Shown: piece after piece, positions 21,182 through 30,193 of the stretch
Layout: every line of letters begins with the position of its first letter
Numbering within the stretch: position 1 is the stretch's first letter
Assembly: GCA_050287845.1 (NCBI GenBank)
Contig: JBNKCR010000098.1
Span: 96,001 to 160,000 of the forward strand
Direction of reading: 5' to 3'
DNA: 64,000 nucleotides
DNA from: Polyangia bacterium
GTDB lineage: Bacteria; Myxococcota_A; Polyangia; JAAYKL01
Program-made: the position numbers and the translations under genes
The notes under the pieces: model-generated
Databases searched by the model: none
Told to the model about the DNA's origin: nothing
Seen by the model: only the letters and a program-made list of their open reading frames with translations

Positions 21182-21910
21182 TCAGTTGGAAGGATATCGC
21201 CCATACACTATCCCTATGTCAATGAATCCCGCATATAATTGTCCTGCCAGATATTCTGCATCCACCGGGTCGTGGGGCTGTGCAATCTTTACAAAACTGT
21301 TGAGGGGCGCACTGTTGTATGTGCGAACCATTGGACCTTCCGGCGTGATGTACACTTTTCGCAACCGACCTTCCGTCCGTGTAATGGCGATACAGGTGTG
21401 TCGTCCGGTTTCGATGATGACGCCAACACCGGTGTACCAGTCATCTGACTGGCCGTTCCGGTTACGGTCCACCTGATTATGAAACAGAATCAGGTCCCCG
21501 GGCTGCGGTGTGTCCGTGGACCGATAGGCATGGAGCCGATTTGCCTCTTTTACAAGGGCGGGAACATTGCTGATGCCGGCAAAGCATTTGCTGCAACCGG
21601 CTCGGTCGAAAATGCGGACAATATCCACTGCACCGTAATGGTCGGCGGATTCACTCTCGCGGTACAGTTGGAGTGAGGCAGCGACAATGGTCGCTCGGAA
21701 CGCGTCAACTGAATCTGCGGCATCATCGCTGGCGGCTCTCTTTTTCGTGGTTCCTGCGGATAAACGGGAGCCATGTGAGGCGGTGTACAATGGTTGCCAA
21801 CTGGTTCGAAAGAAGGCACCATGATGGGGGGAGGCAGGTGTGGAGGTAGCGCAGCCACTGAAGGCGCCCCACAGGAGGCAGGTTATTGCGAGGTGAAAAT
21901 ACGGTTTCAT
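21182..21910 (-). CDS. Lipoprotein with NlpC/P60-CHAP-like domain, apparently catalytically degenerate
   Basis: Lipobox FSGC; PQPGDLILFHNQVDRNRNG..DDWYTGVGV resembles the PGDLVFF...THVGI core. Confidence 0.6.
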   Translation of the reverse strand: MKPYFHLAITCLLWGAFSGCATSTPASPHHGAFFRTSWQPLYTASHGSRLSAGTTKKRAASDDAADSVDAFRATIVAASLQLYRESESADHYGAVDIVRIFDRAGCSKCFAGISNVPALVKEANRLHAYRSTDTPQPGDLILFHNQVDRNRNGQSDDWYTGVGVIIETGRHTCIAITRTEGRLRKVYITPEGPMVRTYNSAPLNSFVKIAQPHDPVDAEYLAGQLYAGFIDIGIVYGRYPSN

Positions 21911-21919
21911 GGGAGCATG

Positions 21920-22657
21920 TTACCTTGGGATGATCCCGGAAACCAATTTTCGGAACTGCCAGACAAAAGAAATCCGGAAAAGTAAATTCACTGAACGGTC
22001 GTACTGGGCATTGTCGCTGAGTTGAATGTTGATTCGCGCAGTGAATCCCGTCCACAGATAGGGCGTAATTTTGTAGTCAGCGGATCCGGAGATGTAGATG
22101 TGGTTGTCCACTACCGTCAGGCCGTAGTTCTCCGACATGGCGCCTGTTCGCACCCGTGCGTATCCGAGGCTGAAGCTGGGCATGAGGCGAAAACTGTCCA
22201 GAACATACAGGACGCCCAATGCGTACTGCTGCTGTTGGGGACGGATGACTCTCGGCAGTTCGATGGTATCGGTTTCCACTACCGGCTCCGGTTCGATTCC
22301 GGGCAATGTTTCTTCCGGAATGGTCTCCTGTTCGTTGCCGATAATCGGGGTGTAGTCCGAAAGGTTCGAGCCATGAAACATTGCCTCCACGCCGATGGTG
22401 TTGGTAATCCCGTAAAAAACCCGGATACCACCCGTGATGCCGGTGACATATTCCGGTGAATACAGATTGCTGGGTTGCAACCGGGTCAAGCCGAAATCGC
22501 CACTGATTCCCAGCAGGCCTTTGTACTTCACGTACTCATCGGCAGAGCCGGTCTGAGGCCGAAGTATCACGAGTATCACAACAGTAAATATAATTAAAAG
22601 ACATGATGGATGCTGCCAGAAGTATAAATTCAATTTTTTGTCAAAAATACAATACAT
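21920..22657 (-). CDS. Putative outer-membrane beta-barrel protein
   Basis: N-terminal hydrophobic segment; alternating aromatic/Gly amphipathic strands (GIRVFYGITNTIGVE, YISGSADYKI). Confidence 0.55.
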   Translation of the reverse strand: MYCIFDKKLNLYFWQHPSCLLIIFTVVILVILRPQTGSADEYVKYKGLLGISGDFGLTRLQPSNLYSPEYVTGITGGIRVFYGITNTIGVEAMFHGSNLSDYTPIIGNEQETIPEETLPGIEPEPVVETDTIELPRVIRPQQQQYALGVLYVLDSFRLMPSFSLGYARVRTGAMSENYGLTVVDNHIYISGSADYKITPYLWTGFTARINIQLSDNAQYDRSVNLLFRISFVWQFRKLVSGIIPR

Positions 22658-22874
22658 AAATGCTGTTTATACTGGAACAGGAGTCTCGGTTGTGGTGATT
22701 CTGTTAAGTTACTCTCTCAGTATACTCACCGCCTAATAATCCATTCTTTTCTAATTGTTTATACGCTGAGATGCCTTGACAAGGAAGGTTAATTGTCAGT
22801 AATCTTTGGCCGGCCAACAGGCCGTTTGGCCCTTAGCCGAGATATCGGGCTATTTAAAGCTTGGGAGGAATACG

Positions 22875-24326
22875 TTGAGCGACGACCAGAAAAACTTAGG
22901 ACAAAGAAGCGCACCTCCAGCAGGTGCTCCACAACAACCAACCAGCACATTTCCAGCAGCTGGCGGATTACCCGGACTCGCTTCCAGACCGCCAGCCGGT
23001 GGATTGCCCGGACTCGGTTCCAAACCCGCTGGCGGTGGACTTCCCGGACTGGGCTCCATTCCAGCACCAGCCGGTGGGCTTCCCGGACTGGCTTCAAAAC
23101 CGGCTCCGGCGGGCGGACTTCCTGGATTGGGTCAGAGACCCGCAGCAGGCGGGCTTCCCGGAATGGGACAGCGACCTGCGGGGGGAGGACTTCCCGGAGT
23201 TAGTCAACCCGGCGGTAGCGTCCTCCCTGGTGGTACTGGCGGTGGGGTTCCGGATTTTATCAAAAAGCAGCAGGACGCTGAGCGCCAACAGGAAATCGCT
23301 CGTGATCCGTTTGCCGGCGGTGGCGGTCCGGCACCGGGTTCGTACAGCGTGCCTGCAGAGCACATGGCCGGGTCAACCGAAGGCCTGGGCGATATCGCTC
23401 CGGTTCGGTCCAGCAAAGCCATCCTCGTGATGGGACTTATTCTGGGGGTTGTTTTTTTTGGATTGGGATATGGCGCAGGTCTGGCCGTGAATCAGCGCGG
23501 TATGCTGAACAAGGTGTTGCGCGATGCGTGGATCATTCAGTATGAGATGAAAAATTTAAGAGATCTCCACGGAGAGATTCAGGCTTCTGTCAACACAGCG
23601 CTTGCAGATGCAAAACAGAAGAAATTCAACAAGGCTCATGTGGCGTTGCTGGCACAGAAAGTCAAGGGCAACCCGTTTGATGCCCGTCTGTTTACTGAGA
23701 GAAATTATAAGACCCTCAATCCACTGGTGGTACAGATGATGGCCAATCTGTATCGGAATTGGGATAAGTTGGCAACGCTGGTGGCCGAACACCGCGCGGC
23801 CACAAATAACGACGAGCCGGCGCTTGCTACTGCCGGTGAAGAGTTCAATAAACTGCTCGCAACCAATTATGGGGTTATCTTCAGCCGGGATAAAAACAAT
23901 AACGGCGCATTGACAGGAAACATCGTCATTCTTGGTGCCGTTGAAGGCGAAGATATTCAGATTCAGGCCAAACCCGGCTCATATAGTGACAAACGAAAAC
24001 TGTACAATCCCCAGGGGGCTGATGACAAGCTGAGCACCGAACCCGATTTGTATGTGATTCCGGTGGGGGCCGAATCCAAGAAGACTGTTCTTCAGAACGC
24101 CACCCAGTCTCAGTTCAATGCATATACAGCCAGATTGGATGAAATGGCGAAGTTGCTCAAGATTATGGAAGAAGAGCAGCAGAACATGTTCGGACCGCTC
24201 AATGACAATTGCTCCCGTGAGCCGGTTTCACCATTCACTGCCCGCGGCGTGGATCCCGACGAAGAATTCCAGGAATACAAAGCCAACAAATCTAAAGGTG
24301 GCGGCGGCGAAGCAGCAGCTGAATAG
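22875..24326 (+). CDS. Single-pass membrane protein with N-terminal GGLPG repeats and a helical/coiled-coil C-terminal domain
   Basis: GGAGG RBS before TTG 22875, in frame with the 22806 ORF; TM segment ILVMGLILGVVFFGLGYGAG. Confidence 0.8.
   Translation: MSDDQKNLGQRSAPPAGAPQQPTSTFPAAGGLPGLASRPPAGGLPGLGSKPAGGGLPGLGSIPAPAGGLPGLASKPAPAGGLPGLGQRPAAGGLPGMGQRPAGGGLPGVSQPGGSVLPGGTGGGVPDFIKKQQDAERQQEIARDPFAGGGGPAPGSYSVPAEHMAGSTEGLGDIAPVRSSKAILVMGLILGVVFFGLGYGAGLAVNQRGMLNKVLRDAWIIQYEMKNLRDLHGEIQASVNTALADAKQKKFNKAHVALLAQKVKGNPFDARLFTERNYKTLNPLVVQMMANLYRNWDKLATLVAEHRAATNNDEPALATAGEEFNKLLATNYGVIFSRDKNNNGALTGNIVILGAVEGEDIQIQAKPGSYSDKRKLYNPQGADDKLSTEPDLYVIPVGAESKKTVLQNATQSQFNAYTARLDEMAKLLKIMEEEQQNMFGPLNDNCSREPVSPFTARGVDPDEEFQEYKANKSKGGGGEAAAE
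22959..23201 (+). repeat. Seven imperfect tandem AGGLPG(L/M/V) peptide repeats of about 11-14 aa
   Basis: Read from the translation; DNA core GGACTTCCCGGA or variants. Confidence 0.9.
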
Positions 24327-24330
24327 CTAG

Positions 24331-24811
24331 TCTCCCCCCTGCGTATTCCCTGCCTTTCCCTTTTTTCACACATTCGTCTGGTGTTCAGTATTTAACGTTG
24401 CTGAATGGCAATGGAACGTGTCCTTGCGGAACTGTCTCCTGATCAGTTTCCCATTGCCAACACTTGTTATTCATTGAGTGTTCTGAAAAACATTGGGAAG
24501 GGGTTTATCCCAGATGTATCCCTGGCTGTATGTCTGCTGCTCCCTGTCTGGAAAATATGTGGATGAGAGCTACAGGCCCGTTTTAAAGAATAAAGAAGCG
24601 CCTGAGACAGGACTGAAAAACAGCGTTCACCTGGTGGTGTTGAAAACATTATCTCAATCATTCGCCCACTCAAAGGTCAGATGACACCAGGGGACATTGA
24701 AAACAGAACACACTTGAAAGCGGGTATAAATCCCGCAGCTGCAATGGCGCTCATTGTCTGAATGATGAAGAATCCGGGGAAGATGGATGGGCAAACGCCC
24801 AGGGATAGAGA
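24331..24811 (+). ncRNA. Candidate large structured non-coding RNA, family unknown
   Basis: Non-coding gap between convergent genes with many nested helices and 5'/3' end pairing found by eye (see findings); no computational folding was done. Confidence 0.4.
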
Positions 24812-24842
24812 GTCGACCCGTGTTGTTTGGCTTGCCTATGCT

Positions 24843-26729
24843 CTACTTGACGCCTTTCTGGTCGGAAAGTGCACAACCCAGCTTAATGCCGGTTTTCTGC
24901 CCGTTCAGAACGACTACTTTAAACTCAACGCGGCGGTTTTCTTCCCACGCTCGCTCGCTGCTTTCGGGATTGATGGGACAATACTCCCCATAGCCCTGTG
25001 ACTGCAGTTTGGCATCCGGCACACCCTTGTTGAGCAGATACTTTCGAACGGACCGTGCGCGTCTCTTGGTCAGCTTCAGATTGTAGCTATCCTTGCCGCG
25101 TTCGTCCGCATGTCCCTGAATTTCGATTCTGCCGATTTGCGGGTTGTTTTTAATGGTTGCAGCCACTTCATTGAGAATCTGATAGGATACCGGTTTGATT
25201 TTTGCCGAGTTATATTCAAAATAGATTTTCTTCAGAATCTGAATTTCACCGTTGGTGACAATGACGTCGCCTTCGTCGGGACATCCATCTTCATCGTCTC
25301 GACCGTTGTATGTCTCGGGTTCGTCAGGGCATTGGTCCTCAACATCCACAATCCGGTCCATATCACGGTCATTGGTCTGAGAGGCATTGGCTGCGCCCAC
25401 ATATTCATTGGACTCCGGACAGCCGTCCGTGTCTCGATCACCATCCTTGTCTTCTGGTACGAGAGGGCACTGATCGAATTTGTCTTTAATTCCATCGCCG
25501 TCCATATCGTTTTCCGGACATCCGTCCTCGTCTTCGATGCCGTTTAAATCTTCCGGCTCATCCGGGCAGGCGTCCACCTTGTCGGGAATACCGTCACCAT
25601 CCCGATCCCGGTCCTCATCGCGAACCAGCAGATCCATGGACGGCTCATAGCAGAAGCCCAGGAACATGCGGTGCTCCATGTTCTGAAATCCATATCCCGA
25701 TTGAGTGTCGGACGCTGGAATACCGTGGGCGTAACCGGCCATGAGATATGAGCTTTCCTCAATGAAAAACTTCAGACCCACTGATGCTTCGAGGGACAGG
25801 TATTTGGAATTACCCGATTCGGAAAGCAATTGGTTGCCGTAAAATTCGAGTACGAGGTCCATGAGCTCCGGGAAAATCCGGAAGCTGTTACCCACCCCGA
25901 ACGATACCATCGAACCATACTTGAAGAGTGGTCGGGGATCGTTTTGCTGACACAATGTGCCGCAGTCATTCAAGTGATCTTCCTGATTCCGGGTCCAACT
26001 GAGATAGTTGGTTTCCTGAAATCCAAGGGGGAATCGAAGTCCGATGTTAAATCCGATGCGATACCAGGAAAATGGTTCCGCATCGAGAATACCTTTGAGT
26101 ACAAAAGCACCGCCACCGGGTTCACCGGTAAGAATCTCGGATTTTCCGGAGGGAATGATGTACTGGGCGATGACTGCCAGCCCGATGGGGTGCCAGTCGG
26201 ACCGCAGGAGAGCCGCTTTTACGTGCAGCGAAATATCACCAAAAGTCCCTTTGTTGGACCAGTGGCTCTGTACTTCGTAGTCCTCTGCATCGAATTTGTA
26301 AAACTCGCCGAAAGGCACCAGAAGCGGAATCTGGATACCCACTGCCAACCGGTTGAAGAGACCAAAGTTGGCCTGGAAACGCGCAGTCACCATCCGTTGC
26401 AGGGTGATATGGTTGTAACCATCGATATAGAGGGTTTCCAGGTCCGGTGTATTGTCCCGGTCAATCTCTTCGATTTCCACATCATTCTGCTCAACGGCTA
26501 CCCACGAATTGAATCCCAAATCCAGTTGGAGTCCCAACGAAAATCGGAGGTGTGGCAATACGGGACTTCCATCAATGGTGATGTGCCCCTTCGTGTCGAT
26601 GGCCGGGTCAAACAGGGACTGCACCATCCCGCTACCATCTTTGACCAGCTTGTTGCTCTGGGCGAAAAGAATCCCGGGAATCAGGAGTGCCAATACAAGA
26701 ACTGTTATACTACGGAACATTTTCGGCAT
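24843..26729 (-). CDS. OmpA-family outer-membrane protein: beta-barrel + thrombospondin type 3 repeats + OmpA C-terminal domain (TraB-like architecture)
   Basis: DRDGDGIPDKVDACPDEPED-type repeats; IYFEYNS, IQGHADERG, NLKLTKRRA, GYGE, NRRVEF; start set at 26729 after GGAAAGG. Confidence 0.9.
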   Translation of the reverse strand: MPKMFRSITVLVLALLIPGILFAQSNKLVKDGSGMVQSLFDPAIDTKGHITIDGSPVLPHLRFSLGLQLDLGFNSWVAVEQNDVEIEEIDRDNTPDLETLYIDGYNHITLQRMVTARFQANFGLFNRLAVGIQIPLLVPFGEFYKFDAEDYEVQSHWSNKGTFGDISLHVKAALLRSDWHPIGLAVIAQYIIPSGKSEILTGEPGGGAFVLKGILDAEPFSWYRIGFNIGLRFPLGFQETNYLSWTRNQEDHLNDCGTLCQQNDPRPLFKYGSMVSFGVGNSFRIFPELMDLVLEFYGNQLLSESGNSKYLSLEASVGLKFFIEESSYLMAGYAHGIPASDTQSGYGFQNMEHRMFLGFCYEPSMDLLVRDEDRDRDGDGIPDKVDACPDEPEDLNGIEDEDGCPENDMDGDGIKDKFDQCPLVPEDKDGDRDTDGCPESNEYVGAANASQTNDRDMDRIVDVEDQCPDEPETYNGRDDEDGCPDEGDVIVTNGEIQILKKIYFEYNSAKIKPVSYQILNEVAATIKNNPQIGRIEIQGHADERGKDSYNLKLTKRRARSVRKYLLNKGVPDAKLQSQGYGEYCPINPESSERAWEENRRVEFKVVVLNGQKTGIKLGCALSDQKGVK

Positions 26730-26873
26730 CAAAAATACCTTTCCAATTAAACGTTGGCAATTGAAAGTCTGCGCAATTTTAATCAAATCAGACTATTTTG
26801 ACAAATAAATTCAACGGGATTGTCAGGCTGAAAACCAATGAAATCGCGTGATTGACAGGCCTGTGGTAAAATT

Positions 26874-27230
26874 CTACATCAGTGCGTTTTTTACCAGCAT
26901 TTCCATGTCAGATTTGGCCACGCCAATGGCATCTGCAACGGTGTTCAACAGCAGCATTTCGGTTTTTGTGAGTTCGTTGTCGGCTGCGACGGCCATTACG
27001 AGTTCCACAATGAGCTCATTTTTAGACTCAAAGGAAGTAATTCCCTCCACCAGCGTTGCGGGATCGTCACCAATGTTGCGCTGCATCACTTCTTTTCGCT
27101 GGTCGTCGGACAGTTCGTATCTGTCCATCAGGGCGCCAATGAAACGGTGCTCATCATCGGTGATTTGTCCGTCAGCGAGAATTGCCTGGGCAACGGCAGT
27201 ACATATTTTAATTTTTTCTGATTCTTCCAT
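26874..27230 (-). CDS. TerB-like (tellurite resistance/DjlA N-terminal) domain protein
   Basis: Duplicated motif ADGQITDDE ... AADNELTKTE. Confidence 0.75.
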   Translation of the reverse strand: MEESEKIKICTAVAQAILADGQITDDEHRFIGALMDRYELSDDQRKEVMQRNIGDDPATLVEGITSFESKNELIVELVMAVAADNELTKTEMLLLNTVADAIGVAKSDMEMLVKNALM

Positions 27231-27591
27231 GGGCCTTTTCCTTTTTGCCTTGAAGTGTTTCCATTATCAGTTTGGGGGATGATCCTCGACTTCAGATTTA
27301 GGCCGAATTATGTTTTTTTGTCCAGCCAGAAAATGGTTGCCGGCTTGAATTGAGCGATGCAATTCGATTTATTCGCAGTGTTGCATAATATAGAAAAAAA
27401 CGTTGGCGCCTGCTTCCAGACGGACCCATGGTGATTTCTGTTTGATTGCTTTGTAATTTTCTGGATTTTTCAAAAATCTCCCGGTGCATTCCTTCTATCC
27501 AAATACAAATTCTGTTATAATATGTTAGCGTTAAGCTCAGACTCAATTTTGGGTAGTGTGTCCATGATGATGTGATTTCAAAGGAGCTTCT

Positions 27592-28887
27592 ATGTATTCA
27601 TTTCAGCGAATTGCTCTGACCGCAGTGGTGACGTTCTCTATGATTGGAGGGGCGTCCACTGCCCTGGCCCAGAAAGACTCTCCATACGGCGATACACCTG
27701 GGAACATTTCTGAATCCGATGCTGATTCTTCACAGACGCCGTCGGATGACAGTGCTATCGAAGATACGTCTGAACCGGCAGAAGACCCTCCGGCAGATTC
27801 GGGAGATGTGGCCGATGATGCGGGCCAGCCGCCATCCGGTGAGCCGGCAGTGGATGACGGGCACCCACCCTCTTTGTCCGAACCACTGACGGGGACCGAC
27901 GCATCGGCAACCGGGGGGGCGGTGACAACGGTTCCCCCGAGCCTGGCAGGGATTACAACGGTTCCGGCAAAGCCGCTCGACCCTGTACCGGGAGAGGGCG
28001 AGGGAGCGGATGCTGCGAGTCTGAACCAGGATACCGGTCCCCCAATCGATGATGGGAGCGCGGCATTGCTGCCCGCGGATACTGCCGCCACCGATACGGC
28101 GACGCACCCACCACCTCCCATGTCCGCTTACGCAGATGACGAGGAGCAGAGATTTGCCCCCATTTCGTTTTCGCCCCAGATTGGGTATGCGTATTTTCCT
28201 GAATCCGACTATGAGGTGAAAGGATTGAAATTCAGTGTGGATAATCGGAATTCATTTGTGCTCAAGCTGCACTTCGATCTGGGAGGTGATGGACTGGCTT
28301 TTGAATTGGTACCGTTGCTGGCCTATCAGAAGATTGGCGGCGACATTTCGAGTTTCGGCAGTGATTTAAGCAGCGGTGTTGCGGGAAGTCTGCTCGCCAT
28401 CGGCGGACAGTTCAATCTGATGGTTCGTGGGTCATGGGGAAGCTTTTTCCCGCATCTGGGCATTGGGTTTCACGGGTCGTATCTGTATGGTGACGGTATT
28501 GAGTACGGCGCTGATATTTACGGTCGCCTACCTGTTGGTTTCACATGGTACGTGGCAAAGCATCTCGGTGTTGTGGTGGAATTCGCGTTCATGCTCGGCG
28601 CGACGGGTATCCGGAAAAAGGCGCCGGATACAAACGAGCTGTATGATTCTTTGCAGTCCGAATATGGCATTTCTCAGGACGATGTGCAGAGTATCGACTG
28701 GGAAAATCAGGACTGGCAAAGCGCGGCCGGGCGTGAACAGATTGCTGCGGATTTGGGGATTACCGGCACCACGGACATGACGGCCGAAGAAACGGTGAAT
28801 CGCATGATTGAAGATCAGCTGTCGCGTCAAATCAAGTTTGGGGTTGGATACGCGTTTGAATTCATGGTCGGACTCAGATTTCCCTGA
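27592..28887 (+). CDS. Secreted/outer-membrane protein with acidic Pro-rich N-terminus and C-terminal beta-barrel
   Basis: Signal peptide ending ALA-Q; D/P/A-rich low-complexity region; amphipathic strands ending FMVGLRFP. Confidence 0.7.
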   Translation: MYSFQRIALTAVVTFSMIGGASTALAQKDSPYGDTPGNISESDADSSQTPSDDSAIEDTSEPAEDPPADSGDVADDAGQPPSGEPAVDDGHPPSLSEPLTGTDASATGGAVTTVPPSLAGITTVPAKPLDPVPGEGEGADAASLNQDTGPPIDDGSAALLPADTAATDTATHPPPPMSAYADDEEQRFAPISFSPQIGYAYFPESDYEVKGLKFSVDNRNSFVLKLHFDLGGDGLAFELVPLLAYQKIGGDISSFGSDLSSGVAGSLLAIGGQFNLMVRGSWGSFFPHLGIGFHGSYLYGDGIEYGADIYGRLPVGFTWYVAKHLGVVVEFAFMLGATGIRKKAPDTNELYDSLQSEYGISQDDVQSIDWENQDWQSAAGREQIAADLGITGTTDMTAEETVNRMIEDQLSRQIKFGVGYAFEFMVGLRFP

Positions 28888-28930
28888 GAAAGAGTCCCGT
28901 CCACATGCTGCAGTCGATACCGGTTCTTTT

Positions 28931-30052
28931 TTAAAAAACAAACATCAGCCCTGCGCCGATGCTCACGAAGAAGTTTCCCATGCTCAGGATTTTTTCCCGG
29001 TCCACAGTTACCACCAACCGGGAGAGCATCCAACCGGCCATCGTCTCCAGTCGAGCGCGAAGATCGCCACTCAGCCGAACGTCAATACCGAATGTGAGAT
29101 GTGGAGCGGGCAGGGCATAGGTTTTTTGAAATCCGATGTTTCCGGCCACTGGCTGTCCAGCGATGCGATGGGAGATAATAGCCATTCCAATTCCCAGATC
29201 GCCGCTGGCCAGATATCGATACGCAACCATGAGCCAGTTGATCGCTACGGCTGCGTAGCCGGTGTATACAGTGATTTCGCCTTCTTCGGTGACAATTTTC
29301 TGTGGCAGTATAGGGGTTTGCCCGTGCAGTTTCACTTCGAAATGCCGGTGGAACGCGTAGCTTCCCGCAAATTGTATGTTGATGTTGGGATTGCCGTCAA
29401 TCCTGAATTTCATGATGGTCGGATTGATTTGGACGCTGAATCGTTTTCGATTGTTGGGTGCTATCCGGCGCCAGGCGTCGCTGTCGGATTCCCTGGGAGC
29501 GATGAGCTGTTCGATTTCTTTTGTGGGGGGGACGGTTCCGGTCAGTTCTGAAACGGTGTGGATCTCAAGGAGGCTTGCCCGGAGCAGCTCAACCGTACTG
29601 ATGGCCACAAATGATTCGGCATCTTCATCCTGGGGAATGGCCACTTTTCGAAGAACGGTTTTATTGGTCACCTTGTCAGCAATCCATATTTCAACATTTC
29701 CGGCGGACAATCTGCAGATAATCGCGGCGGCGGCGTTATGTGCGTGTGCGCGAAGATCGACGATGCGTTGGGTGTCCTCGCGGAAATCCATATCAAACAT
29801 TTCCACCGTGAAACCGGTGGATTCCAACTCGGCCTTTATTCGATATTCGAATCCGGACAATTGGGTGTTTTTCGCAATGAGAACGGTGGTTCCCCCTCCC
29901 CGGGATCCCTGACAGACCACCGGCAGGAGCCAGAACAGGAGAAGCAGAATGGTCGCCAAACCATACAGGATACCTCGCGAATATCGGCGATGATGCGCGG
30001 ATGCTGGGGGGGGTGCATATTTGTATAAGCAGTTCATTAATACTAAAATCAA
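28931..30052 (-). CDS. Hypothetical exported protein with probable C-terminal beta-barrel (start uncertain)
   Basis: Hydrophobic signal segment; VEIWIADKVTNKTVLR and VELLRASLLE; ends GAGLMFVF. Confidence 0.65.
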   Translation of the reverse strand: MILVLMNCLYKYAPPPASAHHRRYSRGILYGLATILLLLFWLLPVVCQGSRGGGTTVLIAKNTQLSGFEYRIKAELESTGFTVEMFDMDFREDTQRIVDLRAHAHNAAAAIICRLSAGNVEIWIADKVTNKTVLRKVAIPQDEDAESFVAISTVELLRASLLEIHTVSELTGTVPPTKEIEQLIAPRESDSDAWRRIAPNNRKRFSVQINPTIMKFRIDGNPNINIQFAGSYAFHRHFEVKLHGQTPILPQKIVTEEGEITVYTGYAAVAINWLMVAYRYLASGDLGIGMAIISHRIAGQPVAGNIGFQKTYALPAPHLTFGIDVRLSGDLRARLETMAGWMLSRLVVTVDREKILSMGNFFVSIGAGLMFVF

Positions 30053-30193
30053 TTTTACGGGATAGAGACGTCATTACCACAAAAACCGAGATGAAATGCA
30101 ATTTTTATGATATGTAAATTGCCAAACATGAACGTATGCCGCAGGTGCAGTTTACAGAAATCGCATCCGAAAGAAAAAAAATCAGGAGAATAA

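Noticed and set aside
22959..23201. Regularly spaced ~36-42 bp repeats that could suggest a CRISPR array
   Set aside because: The repeats are in frame, vary at synonymous positions and encode GGLPG peptides; no cas genes are present.
24467..24684. Short ORFs (63-68 aa) inside the 24.3-24.8 kb gap
   Set aside because: No convincing RBS or protein-like features; RNA structure explains the region better, although coding cannot be fully excluded.
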